DNA of 64,000 nt from Elusimicrobiales bacterium (GCA_038204165.1 JBBRDG010000004.1:4330-68329), one strand, 5' to 3'. Counted from the first letter of the stretch, positions 8,836-18,047 are shown. A program made the numbers and translations. The notes: generated from the letters alone by a model not told the origin.

Positions 8836-10197
8836 TCAGCGGCGCTTTTTATTCACCAGGTCGTCTACCTTCTGGATGACCCGCAGGGCCAGGCCGGCCG
8901 CGCTTCTGGATTGAGTGGCGTAGGTGGCGTCCTTCATATGGTCCAGTTCCTTGCCAAGCTCCACCTGGATTGAATCGGTTTTTCTGATGGAAAGCACCTG
9001 TGACGGGTAGACGCTTTTGTGCCCGGTCATCAGAAAACTTATAACGCAGGCGACGGTGGCGTAAGGCGCAACCACCGGCCCGAAAAGCTCCACGGCCATA
9101 ATGCTGGCCGCTATGGGCGTATTGGCGGCCCCTGCCAGCACGGCCACAAAACCAATGGCGGCGAACGTACCGGAATCCAGATGCATAACCTGGGCGTACA
9201 GGCTGCCCACGGACGTGCCGATAAAGAATATGGGAGTAATTATCCCGCCGCTGCCGCCAAAACTCAGGGTGATGGAAGTAAAAACGGATTTAAGGAAGAA
9301 GTCGTACCAGGCCGCCGGCGCGCCCCCCAACATAGCTTCAATAGGTCCCAGACCGAGGCCCAGGTATTTTTTCGAGAACACCAGCGCCAGCAGAACGAGC
9401 GCCGTGCCGCCGAGCAGGCCTTTAAGAGGACTCCAGATCTTTATGCGTTCCGAAACCTTTTCCCCGTATTTCAGCAACTCGATCAGGAGCAGCGAAGCCA
9501 GGCCGAAGAATATCCCGGCGAACATAACCTTTAGCATAAATGTTTCGGAGAATATCGGCACAAAATTTATGGGCTTGTAGAAATAAGAGATGCCCATGGC
9601 GGACGACACCTGGTAGGCGGTTATCCCCGCGATGAACGAAGGCAGCAGGACTTCGTAAAGGATAGCGCCCACAAAAAGCACTTCCACACCAAAGATGGCC
9701 CCTGCTATGGGCGTGCCGAAGACGGCCGCGAAGCCTGCGCTTATGCCGCAGATCACAAGCTTTTTCCGATCGTGCTCGTTAAACCTGAAAAAATCGCTCA
9801 AAGCGGAAGTAAGTCCGGCGCCTATCTGGGCGCAGGGCCCTTCCTTTCCCGCCGAACCCCCCAAGGCAAGGGTTACCACAGTGGCGACAAGCTTTACCGG
9901 AACCACCGCGAGAGGAATTCTGGCGGCGTTCTTATGAACCGCCTCAATAACTTTTTCAGTGCCGTGCCCCTTGGCGTCGGGCGCAAGATACTTAACCAGC
10001 AGGGCGCTAACGAACAGCGCCACCGGAAGGAAAAGATACGAATATTCCCAGGTATTGGCGGCCACAGTAGAAATATTTAAGAGTTTAAGAAAAAGCGTGG
10101 TGGCAAAGCCGACTACGGCCCCGGCCACAGTGGCCAGAAATACCCATTTAACGATGCTTATGAACAGTAAGGTAGATTCAGTGATGTGTGTCTTCAT
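8836..10197 (-). CDS. ClC-family voltage-gated chloride channel/antiporter
   Basis: GSAGKEGP, GTPIAGAIFGVE and GGIITP selectivity-filter-type motifs. ATG at 10197 has an upstream AGGGA RBS and is preferred over the track start at 10248. Confidence 0.85.
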   Translation of the reverse strand: MKTHITESTLLFISIVKWVFLATVAGAVVGFATTLFLKLLNISTVAANTWEYSYLFLPVALFVSALLVKYLAPDAKGHGTEKVIEAVHKNAARIPLAVVPVKLVATVVTLALGGSAGKEGPCAQIGAGLTSALSDFFRFNEHDRKKLVICGISAGFAAVFGTPIAGAIFGVEVLFVGAILYEVLLPSFIAGITAYQVSSAMGISYFYKPINFVPIFSETFMLKVMFAGIFFGLASLLLIELLKYGEKVSERIKIWSPLKGLLGGTALVLLALVFSKKYLGLGLGPIEAMLGGAPAAWYDFFLKSVFTSITLSFGGSGGIITPIFFIGTSVGSLYAQVMHLDSGTFAAIGFVAVLAGAANTPIAASIMAVELFGPVVAPYATVACVISFLMTGHKSVYPSQVLSIRKTDSIQVELGKELDHMKDATYATQSRSAAGLALRVIQKVDDLVNKKRR

Positions 10198-10248
10198 TTT
10201 TATATCCCTGTTTTCATTATATGAAAGAGAGCCCGTTAAAGCCATCAA

Positions 10249-10277
10249 TTGACTTAGACCGCGGATACTAATAAAAT
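10249..10277 (+). promoter_or_regulatory. sigma70-like promoter (TTGACT-17 nt-TAAAAT)
   Basis: Read directly upstream of the 10320 ORF. A GGGGGA RBS follows. Confidence 0.4.
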
Positions 10278-10319
10278 AGGCGGAGAGTAAAAACAGATTC
10301 TAAGGCGTAAGGGGGAAAC

Positions 10320-10580
10320 ATGAAACTTTCCATAAAAGCCATGGCAATATCCGGAGGCCTGCTTTGGGGCGGAGCTATTTTAATGGTAGCGCTGGCTAAC
10401 TCGGTCTGGCCGGGTTACGGCCGGGCATTCCTAGAGGTTCTTGCTTCCATCTACCCAGGCTTCCCTGCCGGCGGCGGGATCCTGAGTATTCTTGCCGATA
10501 CCGTTTACGGACTTTCGGACGGCGCCGTAGCCGGTACTTTGCTGGCCTGGCTCTATAACCTGGCGGCGCCGAACGCTTAA
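10320..10580 (+). CDS. small Gly-rich membrane protein, unknown function
   Basis: 86 aa with 2-3 predicted TM segments, a strong RBS (aagggggaaac) and its own promoter-like element. No family recognised. Confidence 0.45.
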   Translation: MKLSIKAMAISGGLLWGGAILMVALANSVWPGYGRAFLEVLASIYPGFPAGGGILSILADTVYGLSDGAVAGTLLAWLYNLAAPNA

Positions 10581-10649
10581 CGCGGCTAATTAAGAGCCGT
10601 GGTCCGCGCACAAAAACGCCATCGCTACGGCTTTCTGAATTGTGTTATT

Positions 10650-12068
10650 CTATTCCTCGGCCGGTTTTTCCGGCCCATTGCTTTCAAAGGAAACAGGGAT
10701 AATAAAACTTATCTCGGTCCCCTTACCGGTTTCCGACTGCACGTCGAGCATGGCGGCATGGCGGTCAGCCACCATTTTACAAAACGCCAGGCCGAGCCCG
10801 ATGTTCTTATAGCTTTTCCCCATAGTGCTGTACTTCCTGAAGATCTCCTCGCGAAAATTCTCCGGGATGCCCTCGCCCTCATCGCTTACATAAATGGCGG
10901 CTTTCCCGTTTTCCCTTATCCTTGCCCCGAGCTTAATCGCCCCTCCGGCCGGAGTGTACTGTATGGCGTTAAGCACAAGGTTGCCTATCACCCGCTTGAT
11001 AAGATCATGGTCGCCGAACAGCCAGGCGCCCTTTATTTCCGGAGCTAGCGCTAGTGCCCACCTCTTGCCGGCGGCACGGACAGAAGCCGCGTTTTCTCCG
11101 GCACATTCGCGCAGGAAATCTTCCAGCACCAAACGCTCCTTTTCCGGCTGATAGTCAGCGTTATTTAGCTTAGCGGTATTAAGAACATCGCCAATCATGG
11201 TCACAAGCATGCCTAACGACGTGCGCGCGATCTGCGCCAGATTGCGAAGTTGCTCTTTACTGAACGTTTTAGATTCCTCCTCGGAAAGCAGCAGGTCCAG
11301 CGAGGCCTTAAGCGCGGTAACCGGCTGTTTCAGATCATGCACGGTCATAGAGAAAAAGTCGTCCTTCTGAGTCTCGGCATTCCCGCGCCGTGTTTCTTCT
11401 TCCTTAAGACGGCTATGAAGGCCGGCAAGCGTTTGCGCTATTTTCCAGGTTTCCGTTCCATGGCTGAACGCGTCCTCCGCCGGAAGTGTATCAGCATTCA
11501 CGTTTTCAGCCAGTTCATTAAGAGCGCTCAGCTCCCGGCCCAGGCGTAAAGTAAGCAGCCATACGACCAGCATTATAACCGCGATGAAAATCAGGCTGAT
11601 GGCTATCCCTCGCCACATCAGGTTTTCAGTGATTTCACTTATTCCCGTCACTGAAACGCCCATTTCCATGTAACCATAACGGCTGCCGTTGCGGACAATG
11701 TCGCTTCGGGTATCGAAGACTTTATCCGTAACATCAAAAATATCTTTGTCGGCCGTTCTATTCTCTATACTTATACCGGGCTCTGCCCGCCTGTACAGCA
11801 CGTGGCCGCGCGTGTCAGAAACCCGGAGATAAGCGATCTGTTTAAAATTCTCGAAGTTTTTCAGTTTTTCCTTCAAGCGGACGGTCTCTCCTTTCTCCAG
11901 AGCCTCGCCGGCCATGTCCGTCAGAAAAGCGGTTATGTAATCTACCCGGTCCTGAGTGCGGCCCAGCAGCGCCTCCCTGGAACTTTGCACCCTGTCAAAA
12001 ATAATTACGGCGGAAAACACAAAAACCAAAACAGTTGTAAATAATATAAATTTAGTCCGCAGTTTCAT
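10650..12068 (-). CDS. sensor histidine kinase (TM - periplasmic domain - TM - HisKA - HATPase_c)
   Basis: H-box FFSMTVHDLKQP, N/G boxes (LNAIQYTP, DEGEGIP, GLGLAFC), and two TM helices flanking about 140 aa. Overlaps otsB by 17 nt. Confidence 0.85.
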   Translation of the reverse strand: MKLRTKFILFTTVLVFVFSAVIIFDRVQSSREALLGRTQDRVDYITAFLTDMAGEALEKGETVRLKEKLKNFENFKQIAYLRVSDTRGHVLYRRAEPGISIENRTADKDIFDVTDKVFDTRSDIVRNGSRYGYMEMGVSVTGISEITENLMWRGIAISLIFIAVIMLVVWLLTLRLGRELSALNELAENVNADTLPAEDAFSHGTETWKIAQTLAGLHSRLKEEETRRGNAETQKDDFFSMTVHDLKQPVTALKASLDLLLSEEESKTFSKEQLRNLAQIARTSLGMLVTMIGDVLNTAKLNNADYQPEKERLVLEDFLRECAGENAASVRAAGKRWALALAPEIKGAWLFGDHDLIKRVIGNLVLNAIQYTPAGGAIKLGARIRENGKAAIYVSDEGEGIPENFREEIFRKYSTMGKSYKNIGLGLAFCKMVADRHAAMLDVQSETGKGTEISFIIPVSFESNGPEKPAEE

Positions 12069-12843
12069 GTTTCCTCCTGCTGGCGATAATAAACCTGAGA
12101 AATTTTAGCACTTCAGACTGACTAGCAAGAAAATACCCGGCTTTTGAACCGGTACTGCGGCCAACCCGGACTGTTACTCCGCCCGAAACAAGCGCCTTGA
12201 ACATATCCTCGTCGGTAAGATCGTCCCCTACCGCCACGGCGAAAGCTCTCCCCAACCGTTTACGCAGCAATTCCAGAGCCCGGCCTTTATGGGTGGCGCC
12301 ACGCGTAACGAGTTCAAATACTTTGTGGCCGCCGCGCCAGTATAGATTCCCGCTTTGCGCATTGCCAAGAACTTTCATTCTGGCGAAAAAACCATGTTTA
12401 TAGGCCGGTTTAATATTCCTATAGTGCACGCTGGCTGAAAACACTTTGTTTTCCACCAACACCCCGGTTCCGGCGGGGAATCTTTCCTGGATGTCAGCAA
12501 CAATGCCTGGGATCAGGCCGCGAACTTTGGCCGCTGCCGCGTCGCGCCAGGCGAAACCCGGCCCCTCTATTTCCATACCGTGGTTTCCCCCGTAATAGAG
12601 GTTTTTTAAACCGACCAGCCGGCGCACGCTTTGCAGCGCCCGGCCGCTGAGGATAAAAACAGAAACCCCGGGCAGGGCAGCCAGGTCTTTAAGGGCTGCC
12701 TTGAACTCAGGCTTCAGCCGCGCCTGCCCGGGGGTTTCCGCCAGGGCCGCAAGCGTGCCGTCGAAGTCCAGGGTAACAAGCAGGTCCGGCGAGGCGGCCA
12801 GCCGCGCAGAGACAACTGCGGTGTTCTTCCAGAGAGACTTCAT
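12052..12843 (-). CDS. otsB: trehalose-6-phosphate phosphatase
   Basis: HAD motif I LDFDGTLA, motif IV GDDLTDEDMF. Immediately downstream of otsA (1-nt gap). Confidence 0.85.
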   Translation of the reverse strand: MKSLWKNTAVVSARLAASPDLLVTLDFDGTLAALAETPGQARLKPEFKAALKDLAALPGVSVFILSGRALQSVRRLVGLKNLYYGGNHGMEIEGPGFAWRDAAAAKVRGLIPGIVADIQERFPAGTGVLVENKVFSASVHYRNIKPAYKHGFFARMKVLGNAQSGNLYWRGGHKVFELVTRGATHKGRALELLRKRLGRAFAVAVGDDLTDEDMFKALVSGGVTVRVGRSTGSKAGYFLASQSEVLKFLRFIIASRRKHETAD

Positions 12844-12844
12844 C

Positions 12845-15100
12845 TTAAACCCCGGTAGACTTAAAATTACCCATGCGCAGCTTCATCAGTTCCTCTATCA
12901 GATTAGCCGCCCATTTATAGATATTATTTTCGTGCAGGTCCTGGCGCATGCGCGTCATCCGCTCTGTAACTTCCGTTTTAGGCATGGTGAGCGAATAGAA
13001 GATGGCGTCGGCCATCTGCTCGATATCGTACGGATTTACGATAAGCGCGTCCTTCATCTCGCGCGAAGCCCCGGCGAAACGACTCAGGATCAGCACGCCG
13101 CCCAGGTCCTCGCGCGCGGCCACAAATTCCTTAGCCACCAGGTTCATCCCGTCGTGCAGCGAGGTTACCAGGCAGGTATCGGCAATCTTAAAGAACTTAT
13201 TAATTGTTTTATGGTCATGATGTTTATCCAGGAAAACTATGGCCTTCCAATCCTTGGCCTTAAACCTCCAGTTTATCCGGTCTACCTCTGCATGCAGTTC
13301 CGCCAGGAACCGGTGGTACTGCGGGATATGCGTGCGGCTGGGGGCACCGATCTGGATAAGCGTGAATTTCTTCACGTATTCCGGATACTTTTCTAGAAAA
13401 CGCTCCACGGCCTTAACCCTTTCCAGCATGCCTTTGGTGTAGTCTATGCGGTCCACGCCCACGCCGACAAATTCGGCCTTGATGCCGAGTTCTTTGAGCA
13501 GCACCGCGGGGTCCGGTTTTAGAGCCGGGGCATTGCCTTCCGGGTCCGGGTGGGAAAAGTCAACGCTGATAGGAAAAGGCTTCACCGCGGTTATATGACC
13601 TTCCTTCTGCGCGGTGAAATGCTCCCAGTCTATGCGGGATTCTATCGTCCGGTCCACGGTCTCCAGGAAGTTGTTGCAGTAGAATTGAGTCTGGAAACCT
13701 ATCAGGTCCGCACCCAGGAGGCCCATAACCAGTTCCTTCTGCCACGGGCAAATGCCGAACGCTTCCGAATTCGGCCACGGGATATGCCAGAACACCGCCA
13801 CGCGCGCGTCGGGCCGCGCGGCTTTTATCAGGCCCGGCAGCAGGGTAAAATGATAGTCCTGTATCAGCACGCAGGGCTCTTTCACGTCGGCTATCTCTTC
13901 CAGCACCGTGTCCGCGAATTTCCTGTTAACTTCCTGATAATACTGCCAGTCCTCTTTTCTGAAGACCGGGCGAACGTGGGCTATGTGGCACAGCGGCCAG
14001 ATGCCCTCGTTGGAAAAGCCGTAATAGTAGCCGTCTTCCTCTTCCTTGGTAAGGGGAATGCGGCGCAGCGTGTAGGCCGGCTCTTCCGGCGGCACTTTAA
14101 TGCGGTTATGCGCATCCGTCACCTCGAAGTCGGCCTCGCCGCTGCCATGCGCCACCCAGGTGCCGCCGGCCGCTCTAAGGATAGGGTCCAGCGCCGTCAC
14201 AAGACCTCCGGCGGGGACTATAGTGAGGATCTCCTTGCCCTCTTTAATGTGCATATACGGCTCGCGGTTGGACACCACGAAAAGCGGCCGGCCGTCCATC
14301 TTCATTTTTATCTGTTCTTTCAAACGTTCCGGGGTCCAGAGGGATTCGCCTTTTTGACGTAGCCTGGCCTCGTTCTGCGCGGATTTTCTTGCCGCATGCA
14401 GATTTTTCGTGAGTGTGTTCACCTCAAAAGCGATCGGCGCAAAGATGTCCCCTTTTAACGGCGAAACTTGCTCGGAGGCCTCGCCGTTCCGGAGTTTTTT
14501 CATCCATTCCGCCATCTGCGTGAGCGGAGCGAGGACGTGCCACCGGACGACCAGGAGCGTGACAAGCGAGATCAGCAGCATCTGGACGAGCACCCGCAGC
14601 AGCGTCCGGATCCAGATCCGGAACAAGTCGTAGTCTATGTAGGAAACGTCTGTAAACAGGACTATCTTCGCCCGCTCCCCCCCGTTAACTTCAAAGGAAA
14701 CAGGGAACAGGAACATTTTCTTGTTGTTTATCGTATTCACCCTGCCGGAACCGTCCAGGCCCTTCAGCACTTCCTCTATCACTTTGGGGCTGGCGACCAG
14801 GGCCGAATCCAAGGAAGAAGAGCGGGTAATCAATTTGCCCTCCGGGTCATAGATGGCTATCCCGGTCAGCTGCTTCTGGTACTGGAATTTGTCCGCCATC
14901 TTCTGCAGCCCAGCGCGGTTTTTGGATTCGAGATTGCTCCGGGCTGATTCAATGAAGCTTTCCGCCAGCAGGGCGGAGCGCGACTGCACCTCTTCGTAAA
15001 GCTTTAGTTTTTCATGCCTTGCGTTGAACCAGGCCGAAACAATGGAGACAAAAACAACCACCACTATGAGCGAGACTATTAGTCTGACAGTTATACGCAT
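12845..15100 (-). CDS. otsA: trehalose-6-phosphate synthase (GT20) with an N-terminal TM - periplasmic - TM - HAMP sensor module
   Basis: The C-terminal ~480 aa carry GT20 hallmarks (VVSNREPY, GGLVTAL, FWHIPWP, GVDRIDYTKG, SLHDGMNLVAKE). The N-terminal ~270 aa have two TM helices and a HAMP-like linker. Confidence 0.85.
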   Translation of the reverse strand: MRITVRLIVSLIVVVVFVSIVSAWFNARHEKLKLYEEVQSRSALLAESFIESARSNLESKNRAGLQKMADKFQYQKQLTGIAIYDPEGKLITRSSSLDSALVASPKVIEEVLKGLDGSGRVNTINNKKMFLFPVSFEVNGGERAKIVLFTDVSYIDYDLFRIWIRTLLRVLVQMLLISLVTLLVVRWHVLAPLTQMAEWMKKLRNGEASEQVSPLKGDIFAPIAFEVNTLTKNLHAARKSAQNEARLRQKGESLWTPERLKEQIKMKMDGRPLFVVSNREPYMHIKEGKEILTIVPAGGLVTALDPILRAAGGTWVAHGSGEADFEVTDAHNRIKVPPEEPAYTLRRIPLTKEEEDGYYYGFSNEGIWPLCHIAHVRPVFRKEDWQYYQEVNRKFADTVLEEIADVKEPCVLIQDYHFTLLPGLIKAARPDARVAVFWHIPWPNSEAFGICPWQKELVMGLLGADLIGFQTQFYCNNFLETVDRTIESRIDWEHFTAQKEGHITAVKPFPISVDFSHPDPEGNAPALKPDPAVLLKELGIKAEFVGVGVDRIDYTKGMLERVKAVERFLEKYPEYVKKFTLIQIGAPSRTHIPQYHRFLAELHAEVDRINWRFKAKDWKAIVFLDKHHDHKTINKFFKIADTCLVTSLHDGMNLVAKEFVAAREDLGGVLILSRFAGASREMKDALIVNPYDIEQMADAIFYSLTMPKTEVTERMTRMRQDLHENNIYKWAANLIEELMKLRMGNFKSTGV

Positions 15101-15113
15101 AAGAGCTCCTTCG

Positions 15114-16160
15114 TTAATGAATGGCCGTAAGAGCCAGGAAGTAAATCAGCAGCAGCGCCAAGCCGGCGGGGATAGCCGTCTTTGCCCATTCCCGGCTTTT
15201 TATGCCGAGTTTGGAGGCGCATACTATGTTAGGGATATTCCCCGGGATCAGAACGCCGCCGGAAATGAGCAGACTGATAGTGAAGGAAAGTATCTGTTCC
15301 CTGCTCATATACGGAGTTATTCCCGCCGCCGCCAGCGTGGCGTTATCGAGAGCCGCGGAGCTAAGCCCCAGCCAATAAAGCTGCCAGCTGTTAAGCGCCG
15401 GAATCACCCGGCCGGCGATAGGGCTTAAGCCCTCGCCCAGGAATACCAGCGCCGCCACGAACACATAAACCTTGGCTGCCCGGAACAGTATAGTCCGGGT
15501 GCTATCCTCCCCTTCAGCTGTGTCCTTCCTGGAAACTGAGTCCCTGCCCAGCGGCCGCCAGTAGGCCGCCGCCGCTGCCACGGCGATTATGGCGGGAACT
15601 ACCCACAGCAGCAACAGCCGGGACAACCAGAAGAAGCCGGCATAGTGCGGAGCACCGGACAGCCTGGCCGTCACGATAGTTGAAAGCGGCTCGCCCAGGG
15701 GAGTCAGCGCCGCGCCGAGCCCGATAGCGAAACAGGCATAAACCACGGCCCGTATTTGCGATTGTTGGTCCAGGCGGAGATGCTGAATTATCTCGCAAAG
15801 AATTAGCGCGGCGATTATAGCTGTAATAAGGCTGGACAGGAAAGCTAGCGCGATAATAAGCGCAAAGAGAGCGTGCTTTATCCCGATTACGCGCTCAAGC
15901 CGCTCGATAAAACCTTCGACATACTTTTTGCCTGCCTTAAATAAAAAACCCGCGGCTAATACGGCCGCCGAGATCTTGATCGGGTCGACCAGCGACGCCT
16001 CTACCACATGCCAGCTCCACAAATTTGACACGGTCAGGGCGGCGCAGCCCATGAGCAGCAGAAAAAACTCCAGCTCTTCTTCAACCCGCTTGATAGAAAA
16101 CGGCAGCAACAGTACCAGCGCCATTATAAGCGCCAGACCTGGAATAGCCAAATATGACAT
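15114..16160 (-). CDS. polytopic membrane protein, DUF1646-like putative cation transporter
   Basis: 348 aa, about 10 TM helices. The N-terminal LPFSIKRVEEELEFFLLLMG resembles DUF1646 family members as I recall them. Not verified by search. Confidence 0.5.
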   Translation of the reverse strand: MSYLAIPGLALIMALVLLLPFSIKRVEEELEFFLLLMGCAALTVSNLWSWHVVEASLVDPIKISAAVLAAGFLFKAGKKYVEGFIERLERVIGIKHALFALIIALAFLSSLITAIIAALILCEIIQHLRLDQQSQIRAVVYACFAIGLGAALTPLGEPLSTIVTARLSGAPHYAGFFWLSRLLLLWVVPAIIAVAAAAAYWRPLGRDSVSRKDTAEGEDSTRTILFRAAKVYVFVAALVFLGEGLSPIAGRVIPALNSWQLYWLGLSSAALDNATLAAAGITPYMSREQILSFTISLLISGGVLIPGNIPNIVCASKLGIKSREWAKTAIPAGLALLLIYFLALTAIH

Positions 16161-16300
16161 TATGTCCCCTTTCCTGGACCGGTAGCGTTAAGCGTTGCGC
16201 GTATAAAAGAAATAGCCGCCTCCGGTAGTGTATACCTGAATGGCGGCCCGACCATTCCCATCCTTCGGAGGCTGAACTCCGAACCCTTATAAAGTTATTT
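16161..16300 (-). promoter_or_regulatory. structured 5' leader with competing hairpin, anti-terminator and intrinsic-terminator folds (candidate riboswitch or attenuator)
   Basis: On the minus strand there is a UUCGGAG-UUCAGC-CUCCGAA hairpin (~16264-16283). It is followed by a GGCCGCC-21 nt-GGCGGCU stem and AUUUCUUUUAU (~16203-16248). GCCUCCG of hairpin 1 is perfectly complementary to CGGAGGC, which overlaps the terminator 3' arm by 3 nt. Confidence 0.45.
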
Positions 16301-16375
16301 TACCGCATAAAGACAACGGCTGTCCACCTTATCAAGCCAAGGCGCGGGCGCCAACAAAACAAGCGGTTAAAGAAG

Positions 16376-16406
16376 CGGGCCGGATCTCTTTTTAAGACCC
16401 GGCCCG
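16376..16406 (-). terminator. possible terminator hairpin after argF
   Basis: CGGGCCGG / CCGGCCCG 8-bp stem with a 15-nt loop, followed on the minus strand by CUUCUUUAA. The U-tract is weak and the loop is large. Confidence 0.3.
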
Positions 16407-16428
16407 GCTATTACCCTGGAGGCTTTTT

Positions 16429-17433
16429 TCAGCGGCCGAGGGTGGCTACCATTACGGCTTTAATGGTGTGCATACGGTTCTCCGCCTGGTCGAAGGCGAT
16501 GCAGGCCTTGGACTCAAACACGTCCTCGGTCACTTCTACGCCGTTATTCAGGCCGAACTGCTCGCTAACCTGTTTACCCACCTTGGTGTCCGCGTTGTGG
16601 AAGGCCGGCAGGCAGTGCATGAACTTAACGTTCTTGTTGCCGGTCTTCTTCATCATGGCGGCGTTGACCTGGTAAGACTTAAGCAGCTTGATGCGCTCGG
16701 CCCAGACTTCCTTGGGCTCGCCCATGGAAACCCACACGTCGGTGTGCAGGAAATCCACCCCCTTCACAGCGGCGTCCACCTTATCGGTAACGGTAATGCG
16801 CGCGCCGGAAACCTTGGCTATCTCCTTACACTGCGCAATCAGTTCGGCTTCGGGCTGCAGGCCCTTGGGCGCGCCGATGCGCACGTCCATGCCCAGAATG
16901 GAACCAATTACCAGGAGCGAGCGGCCCATGTTGAAGCGGGCGTCGCCAACGTAGGCGTAGGAGATTTTCTCGAGCGGCTTGTCGCAGTGCTCGGTCATGG
17001 TCAGCACGTCGGCCATCATCTGCGTAGGATGCCACTGGTTGGTCAGGCCGTTCCACACAGGCACGCCGGCGTACCTGGCCAGCTCCTCCACTATCTCCTG
17101 GCCGAAGCCGCGGTATTCAATGCCGTCGTACATCCGGCCGAGCACGCGGGCGGTGTCCTTTACGGTTTCCTTGTGGCCCATCTGGCTGCCGGAGGGTTCA
17201 AGGTAGGTAACGTGCGCGCCCTGGTCGTGCGCGGCCACTTCAAAGGCGCAGCGGGTGCGGGTGGAGGTCTTTTCAAAAATGAGGGCGATGTTCTTGCCGG
17301 CCAGCCGCTGCTGTTCGGTGCCGGCGTACTTGGCGGCTTTAAGGTCTTTGGATAATTTCAGCAGGAAAACCAGTTCTTCTTTGGTGAAGTCGAGTTCTTT
17401 CAGAAAGCTCTTGTTCCTAAGATTAAAACCCAT
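16429..17433 (-). CDS. argF: ornithine carbamoyltransferase
   Basis: STRTR carbamoyl-phosphate motif ([13 protein letters not shown]), HPTQ, and HCLPAFH ornithine-binding motif. 334 aa. Confidence 0.93.
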   Translation of the reverse strand: MGFNLRNKSFLKELDFTKEELVFLLKLSKDLKAAKYAGTEQQRLAGKNIALIFEKTSTRTRCAFEVAAHDQGAHVTYLEPSGSQMGHKETVKDTARVLGRMYDGIEYRGFGQEIVEELARYAGVPVWNGLTNQWHPTQMMADVLTMTEHCDKPLEKISYAYVGDARFNMGRSLLVIGSILGMDVRIGAPKGLQPEAELIAQCKEIAKVSGARITVTDKVDAAVKGVDFLHTDVWVSMGEPKEVWAERIKLLKSYQVNAAMMKKTGNKNVKFMHCLPAFHNADTKVGKQVSEQFGLNNGVEVTEDVFESKACIAFDQAENRMHTIKAVMVATLGR

Positions 17434-17513
17434 TATAATTCTCCTTTTCTATCTCGCTAGCGTGCAGGATCCGCGACTAGGAATATTATACTCTTTGCCC
17501 GGCAGGAAACTAA

Positions 17514-17541
17514 AGAGGAAGACCCTTACGGATCTTCCTCT
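17514..17541 (-). terminator. intrinsic terminator after the RND/lipoprotein unit
   Basis: AGAGGAAGA / TCTTCCTCT 9-bp stem, followed on the minus strand by UUAGUUU. A TATAAT box (17485-17490) lies just downstream, ahead of argF. Confidence 0.5.
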
Positions 17542-17577
17542 CGCTACGCGCGCCAAAACACTTCAGGGACACGGCCG

Positions 17578-18039
17578 CTATTTCGGGATATTGCTTTTGC
17601 CTTTCAGGAGAGTCTGCTGCACGCTGGTAAGCAGCGGGTCGCAGACCTTGGGAAGGTTCGTTAACCCCAGCTGGGCGCCGTTGGCTTCGCCGGCGGGATT
17701 CGGGGAGATCAGGGCCGCGGTTATCTTTACATCGGTCTTTCCTGTGCCCGATTCCAGGATGCTAACCGTAGCCGAGCGCGTAACGTTCGCTCCGCCGGCT
17801 GGAAGGCCGGGGGTAGGATGCATTATCCCGCTTATGGTGCCGGTCTCGTAGCTGGAGTCCGTAACGATCCAGCCGTTGGCTTCCAGCGAGCTTACGCAGG
17901 CGTCGAAGACGTCTTTCTTGGGATATTCGAAGGTCATCGCGGCGGCCTCTTCCTGTTTGAGCTGCGGCGACTTATTGAAGGCTATGCCGGAGCAGCCGCA
18001 AAAGAGCAAAACCAGAAGCAAATACTTTGAGTTTTTCAT
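17578..18039 (-). CDS. lipoprotein, unknown function
   Basis: 153 aa with the lipobox LLFCGC|SG. 8-nt gap after the RND gene. No family recognised. Confidence 0.6.
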   Translation of the reverse strand: MKNSKYLLLVLLFCGCSGIAFNKSPQLKQEEAAAMTFEYPKKDVFDACVSSLEANGWIVTDSSYETGTISGIMHPTPGLPAGGANVTRSATVSILESGTGKTDVKITAALISPNPAGEANGAQLGLTNLPKVCDPLLTSVQQTLLKGKSNIPK

Positions 18040-18047
18040 TATCTCTC

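Noticed and set aside
8836-10319. Fluoride-specific ClC with a fluoride riboswitch
   Set aside because: The filter motifs are chloride-type (GKEGP, GxFxP). The upstream spacer is short and is occupied by a divergent promoter, and no crcB-motif-like structure is seen.
16468-17355. 295-aa plus-strand ORF antisense to argF. Similar long shadows occur at 13550-14362, 21532-22464, 33765-34844, 40189-41187, 51508-52539 and 53154-54026
   Set aside because: Each lies fully inside a confidently assigned gene on the other strand. Each has low-complexity R/G/H/A/P composition and lacks a start-codon context.
17470-17500. ARG box (ArgR operator) upstream of argF
   Set aside because: AGGAATATTATACTCT only partly resembles TNTGAATWWWWATTCANW, and only one half-site is convincing. 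I report only the overlapping TATAAT box.
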